A stretch of DNA of 43,210 nucleotides, from NCBI GenBank assembly GCA_032718475.1, contig JAUCBJ010004918.1:1-43210 (forward strand), written 5' to 3'. This DNA is from Nemertoderma westbladi (taxonomy: Eukaryota; Animalia; Xenacoelomorpha). Below are positions 1-12,829 of the stretch, in pieces; positions within the stretch are counted from its first letter, which is position 1; every line of letters starts with the position of its first letter. The notes beneath the pieces are model-generated. The model saw only the letters and a list, made by a program, of their open reading frames with translations, searched no databases and was not told where the DNA came from. A program made the position numbers and the translations under genes.

Positions 1-339
1 CCAAATAATGAAGTGCTACGGCTACCATTCATAGTACTGGTATTGTAATACGATATAGATATAAGGTTATTATTGAGATTAGATGCAGGATAACTAGCGG
101 TTCATTGTGGTGGTCCAGTTGAATTTTAGGGCATTTTTTTTACAATTTCGTTACCGGTACTACCCGGTGTCTGTGAGAAAAGACGGTTTCCTTGGGAAAA
201 TGTCTGGAAAACACAGAATAAAAAATCAGGGAAAATATTTTTAAAGTAGGCCTACTTTTTTATCTTCATTTTGTTATTTTTTATTGGGAGCTGCCGCTCC
301 CATACCCCAGACCCCCGTTTAGTACAATGAAACGGCTTT

Positions 340-1077
340 AACAATAATATAATATAAAGCAAAATTACAATTAATATTATACTCTGAGAGTTTTACAAGA
401 ACCTACAGTAACTATAATGCCAAATAGATAACACAGATACAAATAAGAGAAAGCACAACACATTACATAGTTTACAGATTCAGTTTACAGCGTCAGACGA
501 GTGGAGTGATCGGCAATCCAGCTCCATCCTCCGTACCCAGACCACTGTGCCACTTTAGCCTCGACTCCCTGATGCAATGAGAAGCCCCTCGAACTATGGC
601 GAACTGCACACGGCGGCGAACCCACTCCATGACGGTGCTATAAGGTCTGTCCCAGTTGTGGTGTAACCTATCAGCGAAGATACTCGGGAGCTTGTTGGCA
701 TGCGGTGCCAGAACTCCATTCTACGGAGAGACAAGAGACTACGAAGGGTGCAAAAGTCCGCTCTCCTCTGTCTCGCTGGTTCCACATATAGTGCGGTTTT
801 AGCGTCCTCCACAGATTCTAGGACCCTCATCGGGGGGCGTCCCGCATATGGCTCGGCGTCAAGGTTTACGACCCTGATATCTAACAACGCCTGAGTCTGC
901 CGGTTGAATGCCCCCGAACTCATACATCACACCAAGTCCTGCCTCTCCACTTAATCCAGGCTGGTCTCTGACTATGGGTTCCGACTGTCACGTTTCGTGG
1001 TCCAAATGCTAGAGAGGCCAGATCCCCAACAACATCACGGAGTTCAATATATGTCTTTGGATTATGAGGCCTTTTTT
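340..1077 (-). mobile_element. 5'-truncated, frameshifted 3' end of a CRE-clade non-LTR retrotransposon (restriction-like endonuclease domain plus 3' UTR)
   Basis: Minus-strand frames give KKGLIIQRH..ELRDVVGDLASLAFG..PIVR..AFNRQTQALLDIRVVNLDAEPY..E.AK.ALY..RRADF..AIVRGASHCIR, stop at 493-495. This matches the RH(N)/PD-(D/E)xK REL endonuclease C-terminus of CRE-like elements. The 3' boundary is approximate. Confidence 0.75.
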
Positions 1078-1621
1078 AAATTCCAATTCTTCCAAAGTCA
1101 ATTGTTATTAATCAAATTTCACTAACATTCAAATAATTTGAATTTTAATTGTATCAATTAGGCATTAATTCAATTAAATTGTCAATTAGCAACAATCGGA
1201 CAATTAGGCAAACCATAAATATTTCATTAACGATATAGACAGTACAAACAAAACAAATAAACAATAAACAAAACAAGTATACAACAGGCACTAAACAATT
1301 AAAGATTACAAAACTCTATAAAGAATAACAAAATTAAAGAGTACAAAATACAATAAACAATTGAATTGAAGTAAACAAACAGCAATAAAACTACCAGTAT
1401 AAATTAAAGTAACAAAACCTTATACACTATTTATTAAAGTAAGCAAAACTCATTAAGCAATTAAACGTAAATAAAGAAAACTCAATAAACGCAACTCTGC
1501 AGTAGGCCTACTGACCACAAAATGACTGAATGAGTCATTTATTGGCGGTGGATCATGTGACTGATTTTTAATTGCAATGCGTGTCAAGCACCACTAAAGT
1601 TCTTATTAAATTTTTGTCAAG

Positions 1622-1761
1622 TTATAAAGTCAACGAAAGTATGTTCTAGGTATACAAAATTTGTTAAAAATTTGCTAAGTGCATTGCATGATTATAAAGT
1701 CATCGAAATTATATTCTAGGTATACAAAATTTGTTAAGAATTTGGTAAGTGCATTGCATGA
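1622..1761. repeat. Tandem duplication, 2 x 70 bp
   Basis: ttataaagtca.cgaaa.tat.ttctaggtatacaaaatttgttaa.aatttg.taagtgcattgcatga at 1622-1691 and 1692-1761. Confidence 0.9.
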
Positions 1762-2884
1762 TAAGTGCCCACCCAAATATTTCTTAAAATCTATACTGTA
1801 CTTGGCAAGTATTTTTTAATTCCTTAACAAATAATGCAAAATGTGGTAATTGTAAAAATTTAGTAAAATTATCATGCCAGTACCTTGCCATTAGGTAGTA
1901 CTTTACTAATATGATACGATTCTCAACCCGGGATTATACCCATATCAAACTGATTTATTCAGCTTGTTTAAGCCTCAATGAAATACGTGATGTATTATTG
2001 GTCAAAATTATTGTATTAAGTGAACCTGGTATATATTGCTTACTGGTCGAGCCATTTATCCACTTGAGTACACCGGCATTCTGCAGAGGAGTTTCTTCCT
2101 ATGCAGGCCCCTTGAATACTGGTCAGATTACTGACGACCAGTGTTTATTACATGCCTTTATGTATGTGCCTTTATGCTTTGTATCTTTGTCATTAATATT
2201 ATAACATTATTATGATATTCTGTCGTGAAACTCAATTTGCTCTCTTTTGTTTAATATATCGCCGATATTACGAAATCAAGAAGGTTTTACAAGCGCCATA
2301 ATAAGGTGGGTCTCTACAATTAAGTATTAGTGATAATCTGGACAATTGTATTAGATTCGTGTGTTGTTTTACCTCTGATTTACTAAATAATTAATATATG
2401 GCGATATCCCAGACATTAATATAAGCAAAGCCCTTATTATTAATTGTATCACGATTGAGAGTTGTCATAAATTGATTGCGGTAGAAATATTAATATAATT
2501 ATACATAAAGACAAGTCAAAATACGTTTCCCCTAAAGGGAAACACAAACACTAGGACTTGAGTCCTTACAGAATTAATTAGTCAGTCATTTACTTGTTAT
2601 ACTGTGTTGTCACACCCTCCCGGTATCGTATCTCAGTTAAATACAATAGATAATCAAATACCGTATCGAACCAAATAAGTTATAGAGCAAATCAATACAT
2701 GATAAGGAAAGGAAGGGGAATTAATCAATACAGTGAACGGTCCTCGGTGACAGGTACACTAGCGCAATTCCGTTTATTGTATCAGACCAGTATCCAGATG
2801 CCCTCAATGCATAGAATCCCTGCCGTATGTATTAAATAGAAATACAGTCAAAACATATGAAATTGAGATTGAAAGAACATATTT

Positions 2885-4000
2885 TACTAAAAGCGCTAAC
2901 AATGCCTGCCAATGCTTACAGTTTATGGTCTTATGCATCCCACTTCTATGCAATTGACATATGTAATCGAGGTTGTAGCGTTCCTTATATAGCGCATCGC
3001 GTATTGCGTATCACGTTTAGGTTCATATCGAGTGGTTTAGTGATTTGGTTGTTGGCTATTGGGGGTATTAGGTTTGTATCTACTGTTGTTGTTGTTTTGT
3101 CTCTGTCCCTGCCACGATGTGGTTCTATTCCCAGGGCTCTGTGGACTTATAGTCCCCTGCGTGGCCGCATATGGTTGTGACTGCCTCACTTTCGGAAGTG
3201 CATTTGCCACACTATGCTCGGGTTTAGGTCGAGTATATTCCGTTTTCGGTACTTTGCCCAGACTGTCCTCACTGTAAACTGGATCCATTATTAACTCTGC
3301 CTTGTAGTTAAGGAAGTTTGACATCTCTTCCAACCCCGGATCCGCACCCTTCTTCTCTCGAGAAGAGACAGCGATCTTTCTCTATTTGCTCCTTATCCAA
3401 ATCAGCAGTTGAATTTCCAGTGCGCTTGACGGTACGGATGCACTCTCCTTTGGTGTTGATTGTGCTTCGCCTCTCGGGTTCATTGACTTTCCCTGCATAG
3501 GATATATCATCAGTCCCCTCCATATCTCGGTGTCAATGATTTATTTGGATCTGAGGGGGTTGCAATTTTTATTTTGTTCAGTTGTGTGTATTGTGGATGC
3601 AGTGATGGGGGAATGTCACCCTGCCCTCCCCCCACTGGTGTTACATTTTGCACTGGGGTAGATGTCATTTTATTGGGGCCCATACACCTATCTGCAATAC
3701 CCCACCCCCCTCATTCCCTGGGTATGTGTTATATCCCTGCATATTATAGTCATACTGGTGTGCAGGTTTTGGTATAGGACTAACGGGTTCTTGCTTACTC
3801 ACTGGTATGTAAGCCATGACCTCTGGGTCCAATCCTGGCATTCGCGCTACCCTATCACCTACACTACCTCTCCCAGCATGGCCTATAGTATATGCAGTAA
3901 GACCTACAGAATGTCCTGCAGTCTGAATGTGCTCCTCCAGAACAAAGTTTAATCTTCTCGAATATTCCAAGAACTCCTCCCCGCGACTACCATATCATCG
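2885..4000 (-). pseudogene. Decayed gag-like ORF of an LTR retrotransposon (BEL/Pao-like)
   Basis: Fragments SNFLNYKAELIMDPVYS (resembles BEL gag 'F..E......DPVFS') and a knuckle-like CQLHRSGMHKTINC near 2910-2960. Multiple frameshifts; GC-richer than flanks. Confidence 0.45.
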
Positions 4001-4187
4001 ATTGGCAGCTATGTTCTGAGGGGAAGTTTCCCTTCTATCCCTTCTTCTCTCATCCTCCTCAACCCGCTACACTCTGTACCCCTCTCCCGGTGTGTAATAC
4101 GCATCGCCAGGCTATGTTTCTCAGGGGCGATGGCAATCTCCCGAAGTACACACCCACCTGCCCTCTCTTTCTATTTCGACTTAACTT

Positions 4188-4441
4188 ATTAACTCACTGC
4201 GCGCATGTCCCGCTGACGTCTGTGGGGCATCTGTTGCCCCCCCCCCCCCCTTTCCCCCGTCGTCGGAAGCCCCGGTTCACTTAACTCACCGCGCGCATCT
4301 TCCGCTGACATCTGTGGGTCATTTATTGACCCTTTCTATCCTCCTCCGTCGTTGGAAGCCCTGGTTCACTTAACTCACTGTGAATATTTCCCGCCGACGT
4401 CTGTGGGGCGTCTGTCCCCCCCCCCCCCCCCCCCCCCCCCC
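4188..4441. repeat. Three imperfect ~90-bp tandem units, two of them ending in poly-C tracts
   Basis: ttaactcac..cgc.gac.tctgtggg recurs at ~4189, ~4280 and ~4370, with ggaagccc.ggttcac before units 2 and 3. Confidence 0.75.
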
Positions 4442-4639
4442 TCTCGTCACTAACTGGTTGTGGTGGGGTGCCCGTAGCCCCCCCCCACCCGTCACTTCTC
4501 ATCTCGCACCTTTTACCCCTTTCCCCGTGCTCCCGTCTAGTCGACACGTCGCTTCTGTTCTCCCTGGGTTCATTCGCCTGCGTTTCTTTATTGTTAGCCA
4601 CAATTGTAGCATTAGTGTCAGCAGTAGCATAGCACTCGC

Positions 4640-5530
4640 ATGTAGCATTAGCGTAAATAGTCAAGGTCATCCCAAATCAATATGGCCTGGCCTTTCGTAC
4701 CTAATTAGCTAGCAGTCAGAGATACAATCTAGGTTACCATCCCCCTTACAGCCATAATGGCGACCAGCCCCTGGTCTTCAACTTAAATTAGTCTGGCGGC
4801 AGCTACCAGCCCCACCGGTGAGGTAGTGCCGTGCATTGGATCCTCCAACTCTCCCTCCATCACAACAGTGAGCCCGCGGCGCCCACCTCTAGCCCAACAT
4901 GCTAAAGCAGGCAGTACCGTAACAGCGTAAAACATAAGAAACAGTCAGACAGTCGAAGAAACTATAGATTATAGATTAAAAAAAAATATTTATTATTTAA
5001 AAAATATAGATTTACTACATTGCAGCAATTATTATTAATAATCGGAAATATAAATCAACAGTCTGATCAAGCAGTAATCATTGTTCAAAGTCACAAGTGT
5101 AAGAAGAAAAGCAGCAAATTTTACAATCAATGGAAGTGCAAAATACAAAGATCAAAGATGGCTACTGCTAAACTGTACGAATGACACAATGTCTAATTCT
5201 GCCCACGAAATCCAGGGTTCTGCTGGGTATTCGACCAACCAGTGGGCAGAAGAACATAATCACCTTAACTTAATTTGGTGATTATTAAAAGCACAATTCA
5301 GGCGTTAATTAGCACAAACATTGATTTATAGAGAAATGTAAATGAAATTAGCACAAATATATATTCGATTCAATAGATATTAGGAAACGGCAAATTCATA
5401 ATTTGTTTTAGAGAAGTTTGCCACCGCAAATTAATATACTAGGGTTTTATTATAAAATTTACGTAATTAAGGCTACATACTGTATAAAAATTGACTGAAT
5501 ATAAAATGAACTTGTGTATTTTATTTAACC
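4640..5530. repeat. Dispersed repeat, copy 1 (probably the LTR/leader of the adjacent gag-like element)
   Basis: Collinear with 15612-16460: shared blocks tagcccaacatgctaaag, aaacagtc.gacagtcgaa, aagcagtaatcatt, taattaaggctacatactgtataaa. Confidence 0.8.
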
Positions 5531-8500
5531 TATTTTATTTGTGTATTATATTATATTTTATTTAATTTAGAATTGTATTTTATCTAATTATATTACGGTT
5601 GTACATCAATACGCTTAATAATAATAATATCTAGTCCGCTCCATACTGTATAATGGGTTGATAGGTTTTGTGTCAGCGTGTATGATTAATGATTGTAAGG
5701 AATTTATCTCAGATATTTTGCAACTAAATTTAGATTGTGTTAGGCCTACATAATTGGAATCAGTGCCAGCTTTCCTCCATCAGTACCAAACCAACGAATC
5801 GCTATAATGTTTAGGAATAACTGCGGTGTAACTGTAACTGCTGCAATATCGACAGAGTCACCTTTTTCAACCAAAATCCCACCACACTACCCTATATTCT
5901 CGAGGACGGTGTATTTTAGGCGTGAAATAGGCGTGGGGTTGTATAATGTATAATAGCTTCTTCCTAGCAGCACATAACATCCACACCCCGTACATACAAT
6001 AACGCAGTACGGTAGTGAGGTGTTTCAACTTCTAACTAACGTTCGTAAATGGTATTGGTATCAGTTAATTTCCCGTTGGTAGTGTTTGTGGACGTCTGAA
6101 TAGCGCTCATTTATAATAAATCCAGTTCAAAATTAAGTTCAAAAACTTACAAATATCAAACTGTAACAGTTAAATTTAATTGACGTCAGCTATTTTGAAG
6201 GTTTGAGTATTCTTTATCCAGTCAATGAGTTTAGAAAATTAAAAAAAAAACTTTAAATAATTAATCTTTGAAAAATATTGATATATTATAATAACAAATA
6301 ACATAATTTGAAGACGCAAATCTCTCCACACATAGGAAATGATAATTTCCGGTTCCTGGAAGTAATGTTAGTCAGATATTATAATACACGATATTCACTA
6401 CTACTACAACTACTACTACTACTATATTCGGCCTGCTGCATTGAAACTGCACACTTGTCATCCGGTACCTGTAAGTGGAGTATTAACAAAAGTTTCCATT
6501 TGAGGATCCTTCTCGTCGCATTGTATCCGCATCGTAGGTGATCGCTCGTCCCGACATCCTCTTCCTGAACTCCTTGGCCTCCTCTCCTCGTCCATTGTGG
6601 TACCATTGGCCCCACCATTGCCGTTCCGATGGGCCGCTCGCCACCTGTAGCCGCTAGTTGGATGGCGACTCTGAAGCATAGATTTTGTACACTTAATTTC
6701 AGCTCAAACAGACATCATATCTTCCCATAGCAGAACATAATATGGCCAAAAAATTACATTTTCAAATGTCCAAGGTCCAAAGTTGTAGTAGAACAAACTG
6801 TTATAAAATTCCAACCCAAGGTCATATCCAGTAAACCAACATATCGTTAGAAAGCTGGATAAATGGAGATTCATTTTCAGCAGTATTGTGTATACATACA
6901 ATGTAGTTGGTGTCGTACAGCTGCATTTAACATCGTGTCCGACTCTTTTCTGATTTTTATGTCCGACCCTGTATTGGATTTTATCTTAACTTTTTAATAC
7001 TATACACTGATATACTTTATATATTTATTTGATATACTTTATATACAGAACTGTCTTACCTTGACTCATATTGGTGACTACGTCGGCCACCTTTTCGTTA
7101 ACGTGGCTGTTTGAAGACGTGGAATCTAAAATAGCATAGATGCGCTTGCTCCCCTTGGTTCCTTAGTGACCGGAGCACAAAATCACCAGTCTTTACCTAC
7201 GCCAAGCAGCCCTGATGTAGTACCGGGGTTAATTTAACTATAACGGTATGTATAACAAGCACAATTACTGTAGGAATAAACTTGGGGAGTTGGAGGTTGC
7301 CAATACCCGCATAAACTCTGAATAATAAATATTACGCTACCGTACCCGTGCAGACTATTCAAATAAGACACAGACCAAATGCTGGCAGACTACTGTCAAG
7401 CCTAAATAAACTACAGTATATGCAGACTCTGAAATGGTTAGTTAGTAGGCGTTCTAACCAAGTAGTATTACTTATTCTTTCGGGGGGGATTTACCTTACA
7501 GCACTGGATGCCCCCACCTTCCTAACTAGCACATTATCGGACAGACACTCTACACACACTGCAATCGCCTCAGACCTAACAACAGTTAGACAACAATCCG
7601 GCCTACAAATTATTTATACAATCTGAGCAGGCTTACACGCCTTCTGCTCAATATTATACTTACAGATAAATAAAACTGACAGAAATAAGTAAAGTCCCAA
7701 TAAAAACCAGGGCTGCAGTCCCCGATTAAATATCAAGACCTACCGGTATATAATTATCACAATCGAAATAATACTGCTGTACCTGTAAGTACTGGTTCGG
7801 GTGTTTAGGCCTACAGCTTACCGTCCGACCGGTACATTCGACTTTATTGCCTACGGCGCAATAAAGAAACCAAATCTATTAATGTTCGCGCTTTTAGACC
7901 TTTAGCAGTTTAACCTGCCAATTTTAGTTGTCCTCTTGTTTATAAATCGACTTTAGCCTATATCAATTACCTAGTGTACTGAAGTTACATCAGCCTAAGC
8001 CAGTCCGTGCGCGGCGTATGACCCACGGTGTGAGAGACTGGATTCGGATTCCTTGAGAGTTATTGCAGTGTAGACCTACTGTATCATTCGATTGATCGTT
8101 ACTATATAATCTCTGACAAATATATTTACTTTCAGGAAATATTAACAGTTCCTTTAGGACGTGGCGCTTTAAGTATAAAAACAGAGTTATGACTTATACT
8201 AATCACAACTAGATGGCCACAGAGTTTCGTAAATAGCGCATTCTTTAGGAGATGCTTTATTAACCTTCACACTACTTCACATGACTTCACACTACTTCAC
8301 ACTACTTCGCACTGATCTGCCGACCTTCACTGAATTTGATCATATATAAGGAGGATCGCAACTGACATACATAGGGATTATGAAATAGCATTTAATTCAC
8401 ACAAAACCAATATAATTTAAGTCGCAGTTGCTACCGGTAAACCTGTTCCTCTTACCTCAGTAATCAAGAAGATTGAGGGGTTTATGATTATTTATCGGTA

Positions 8501-9629
8501 TTCTCCAAATATAACAGCAATATCCATTAATATAACAACAATTAATAACAGAAGTAAAATAATGCGGTGAGCAGTCAGTATGTGTCATCAGAAAATAGTA
8601 AAGTAAATGTTCAATGTGAAATTAAGTTAATAGATTTACGTTCTTATAATCAAGACCATCTCATGTTCCTAGGCCAAAGTCTGAAACTTCCACACAGAAG
8701 CACAGAAAATTCCGAGCTGGCTCTGATGCTCAGAAAATAGTAAACAAAGACCGTAATGCATTGCGCGAGTTTCCATAGGCCTCTGTCAGACATAAAGGGA
8801 AAATTGCTCTGATTGGCTGAATAAGGCAGAACAAAGAAACTCCACGTCCACAAAGAATCAGCTGACAGATTTCGTCATCCTGGCTCTAATTCCCTCCCGT
8901 CACGTAGTTGGACAAATTTAGGGCTATTTTAGAGTATTCTGCGCATTGCGTAAAAATGACTTGTTATGTCCGCAAAAGCTTTTACAAACTTGTTGTGAAT
9001 TGATGCCAAAACTTTATTCTAAAACGAAGACAGATAACTGAGATAACTAAGCCAAAATGACTGTGAGTTTAGTATTTAATAAAATATATTAACTGGAGAG
9101 GTAAAATTATAATTCAATGTAATGCACATTATTATTATATAATTATATTATGCAATTAAATTGAATACAATAAAATAATATTTACTCATATCACTCATTT
9201 ACTCACTAGGGCACACACTCGGCTGATGATAACCGGAAGTTTGAAACCTAGGTACTGGGTTCGAGCCCCAATAGGGGCCGTTGATATTTTTCGCTATGGA
9301 GAGCAATATCATAATGTACTATAACATATATTTATTCGCCGTCACCCACACCACAACAATTCATTTATAATTAATTAACATACATGGCCAGCATACGGGG
9401 CTACAGTGGTTTCTACAACACTGCATAATAGTTATTCTTTGAGGCATGGTTTCCATTTCTGGCAGAGCATGGGAATAACGTTGTACTTTCCGATGAGTGA
9501 TGTAAAAAGGCCTAAAAAAATGATACCCCACTCCATAGCGAATAAATCTTCTACCACCCTGATAGCTCAGTGGTCTTGGACACACACTCCACTGATGATA
9601 ACCGGTAGTTGGCTGGTTATTCTGCCTTA

Positions 9630-9990
9630 ACCTTGGTGGTTTGTGGTTGACCAGTAAGCAAGTTGATCGATTTCCATGCCTTGGATGATTGCCTGCTGTC
9701 GTCGGCATCATTGATGGCATCAACCTGTTGGTTTATAATCTCCTGTAGATTAAAATAGTACTGCCTGTTCAGGGACCTAGGTGCAGCCTTAACTGCATTC
9801 TTGGCTGCTGTAGTCTGTGTGAGTCAGGACTCTTTCTGTGCCTTATATAGGTCATTTCGGCACTTCCAAATTTTGTGGTCAGTCCAGGGGGCCTTTTCCC
9901 TGTTTCGAGGGAATACAGGATCTGTTTCTGCAGCTGCTAACTTAACTGTTTCTATGAAGGCAAGAACCTCATACCTGTTACTCAGCTGTA
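9630..9990 (-). mobile_element. Possible decayed non-LTR retrotransposon fragment (endonuclease-RT linker)
   Basis: Minus-strand peptides KAPWTDHKIWK..LYKAQK and DAINDADDSRQSSKAWKSINLLTG resemble RTE-type linker motifs. No catalytic motif seen. Confidence 0.35.
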
Positions 9991-10720
9991 GTGTGAAGCT
10001 GGATCTCACACTAGGCTATTGCAACAGAGAGGGCCAGTCATGCCACGGCACGGCAGATTTCGTTGTTCTGCTAGCACGCAGACTAAGTCTGACCTTGGCC
10101 ACAATAAGGCGGTGATCACTGGAGAAGGGGCGGAGTGTAAACGATTAGTCTTGTATCGAGCTCTTTCCTGTATAGAGCTATCTTGGGATGGTATTGGAGT
10201 TGGGGCTAGATTCACAGTGTCACTTTTCACATAGTAGTGATAATTTAGTTTCACAAAGCAACACTATCCTCTATGGGCACAGTAACATCTGAAGATCGAT
10301 TAAATATGCCTTCATATAAATGATACTAAATTTTGCATTAATGTATAAAGCTAAAAATCTGGGCATCTAATGCAATATAAATTATTAAAATCCGTTCAGA
10401 AAAACAATAAATCACTGATCGAAATTTTAAAAGAAGGCCTTAAAAGGTATTTAGGATTATACACATTGGAGTCATGATATAAATTAATATTTGAGAAGTC
10501 CATGGATGGGGCGAAAAAATATCAAGGTTTACTTAAGGAAAATGGATATGGGTAGGAATAGAATAAGATTGATATAAAGTGGTGCCTATTGTATGTTACA
10601 TATTATTATTGGAAGCAGTTATAATTTCTCAAACAATCATTTGTGCCTATTATTATCAGTATCACAACCATCACCAATTATAATCTTATAATTTATAGTC
10701 TGTAAAATTGAGAATCCTTC

Positions 10721-10936
10721 TTAGCGGCCAAAATCGTTACAATATCCACAGTAGTCTCCATATTTAGCATTGCACTCCCCACAACTCGTGAATGTCAGCT
10801 CATACTCACAATAGTTCTGCAGAGGCCATTCACAGGGTCCAAGCGGTAAACAACATTCGGTCCATGCTTCCTGACATTGAATATCCACGGCACAGAAAGC
10901 GGCGAAAACAATGAAAGTGATGATGATGAATTTCAT
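10721..10936 (-). CDS. Small secreted cysteine-rich peptide precursor, 71 aa (toxin-, defensin- or neuropeptide-like)
   Basis: MKFIIITFIVFAAFCAVDIQC signal peptide; mature QEAWTECCLPLGPCEWPLQNYCEYELTFTSCGECNAKYGDYCGYCNDF-GR has 8 Cys. Splice acceptor ttattctacag|G lies 20 nt before the ATG. Confidence 0.85.
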   Translation of the reverse strand: MKFIIITFIVFAAFCAVDIQCQEAWTECCLPLGPCEWPLQNYCEYELTFTSCGECNAKYGDYCGYCNDFGR

Positions 10937-10956
10937 ATTTGTTGGTGTAATTTGTC

Positions 10957-11699
10957 CTGTAGAATAATATACAATATGTAATTTAGAAAACATAATTCAT
11001 TATTTGAAATACATTTTTTAACCTTCCATATTTCATTAAACCTTAGATTGCATTAGGTCACTTCATTCCTGGTAGAATTCCTCAAATTTTTTAACAATAA
11101 ATAATTTCAACATTATTATCCAACACCAAATGTATGTTTAGTGGGTTTTAATTTTTACTTCACATAAATTTAATTTTATTTAATACATTAAAAGGAAGGA
11201 GCAGGTTACGGTGTCAGTGTTTGCTAATTTGCAACCAATTTGCGCTGAAGATTTTTCACTCTCAATGTAGTCCATTATTTGTATTTCCCATGGAAGTACT
11301 TTCAAAATTAAATACCAGATATAAGGCATTTTGGAACATATAAATAAGGTGCTTGGAACCCACTACCCAATGAATGTTTTCACAATTTGTAAAATGTAGG
11401 CCTACATCTATTATCACAATTCAATAATTTTTTCATATAAAATTTAAAAAATATTTCATACGTGAGCTGTTTTATGGTGAAAAATAACTCGATGTTGAAA
11501 ACCGATATCACCAGATGAAAGCCCTTCTACCAAATTACTATCAGAGATTAAACATTTTTTTTAATTTCCCAAATTTTAGAAAAATTCACTTTCATTTGGG
11601 GCAATGTTCCCCTTAGAGGAAGTATTTATTAACGAGTACGATATCATCAGAACCCAACTATATCCACTAAATTGCAAACAAACTATATCATACACTTAC
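10957..11699 (-). other. GT-AG intron in the 5' UTR of the Cys-rich peptide gene
   Basis: Donor AAG|GTAAGT at 11700/11699 and acceptor TTCTACAG|G at 10957/10956 (minus strand). Confidence 0.7.
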
Positions 11700-11801
11700 C
11701 TTGGTAAATGAATTCTAGACTTTATTTAAAGCAGTTAAGCAGTATATTGTGGTAGTATGTATGCGACAATGAAATTCATAGAAAAATCTGCGGTTTATAT
11801 A
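11700..11801 (-). promoter_or_regulatory. TATA box, initiator and non-coding exon 1 of the peptide gene
   Basis: TATATAAA at 11801-11794; Inr-like TCATTG with +1 at 11770, 31 nt downstream; exon ends at the donor at 11700. Confidence 0.65.
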
Positions 11802-11932
11802 ACATTTTTAACTGCACTGTTGTACATGTGTACAACGTAAAAACCATGACATCAAAGGTAATTAACACTTCAATAACTACTTATTCATTGATATATAAAT
11901 TGTTCAATGAACTGAACGATTACTTCGATTAA

Positions 11933-12713
11933 TATATGTGGCTGGCCACGAGAAAAGGGACCTTATGTCACCGGAGGTCGATTTTGAGTTATTAGGCCTA
12001 TGAGATGCAGAATTTTCCAGAGATTTTAACAAAAGAAACGGTGTCTCGATATCTATTTCCAAAAAAAAGTTATAGCGATTTATGTGAAGGTGAATCGGGT
12101 GGCAAAAATGTTTTTATTAATAGCGGTTATAATAAGCGATTATTAAAAAAATGGAAATATTAATAATATCATAGCAATTCTTACTATATAGTTAGGCAGC
12201 TCAATGTTATTCGGCATTTTATACAACTTTTAACACTTTGAAACTATTAACATTGTTCAAAAATTTTCAAAAAATTTTTGCAAAAAGATAAATTTTTTTA
12301 ACAAAATTTAAAATTATTTGTATTTTGAATTCTTTATTGGGATTACAAAATTTCAGAACTAACGAAGAGAAATTAAGAAAATGATAGGTATATTGCATTT
12401 AAAAAATAACTGTAGGCCTACAGTACCTACATATTACAGTAGTACAATTTATTTCAGTCCTAAATTCAGACATGAAAACCCTAAAACAGTGGGATATACA
12501 ATACTGCAACATCTTATATTGCTTCCTGTAATTAGTTATTTCCTAGGTATATTGAATATCAGAACCAATTTGAATTTCCCTCATCGTTTTATACATTTCT
12601 AAATCGATAGTCCAATTAAATTTGTTCAAAAATAGAGGGAAACTTTAAACGCGATTATCTCAGAATCAGGTTTTGCGACATAAGGTCCCTTTTCTCGTGG
12701 CCAGCCACATATA
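11933..12713. mobile_element. Non-autonomous DNA transposon (MITE), ~780 bp
   Basis: Perfect terminal inverted repeat tatatgtggctggccacgagaaaagggaccttatgtc / gacataaggtcccttttctcgtggccagccacatata, TA or TATA at both ends, non-coding interior. Confidence 0.9.
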
Positions 12714-12829
12714 CCGAAATTCTAAATGTATATATACAATTTTTCTGTAACTTACTATGAATATGTTACAAGCTACATAATATGACATGAATGGAAATTA
12801 TATACACGCTTCAGTGGAATCCCTATATT

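Noticed and set aside
6308-6700. GC-richer patch with overlapping short ORFs
   Set aside because: No recognisable motif in any frame; cannot support a gene call.
7030-8100. Possible LTR-like or other repeat remnant
   Set aside because: No second copy, termini or coding motif found within the window.
9212-9280. Possible type I hammerhead ribozyme (CTGATGA..GAAA) overlapping a tRNA B-box-like GGTTCGAGCCCC
   Set aside because: Stem II lacks the closing pair and stem I needs a bulge at the core. It is more simply a decayed tRNA-SINE head. An Infernal scan would settle it.
10937-10993. N-terminal extension of the 90-aa ORF (MFSKLH...)
   Set aside because: It crosses a strong splice acceptor into intron sequence; the signal peptide begins at the ATG at 10936.
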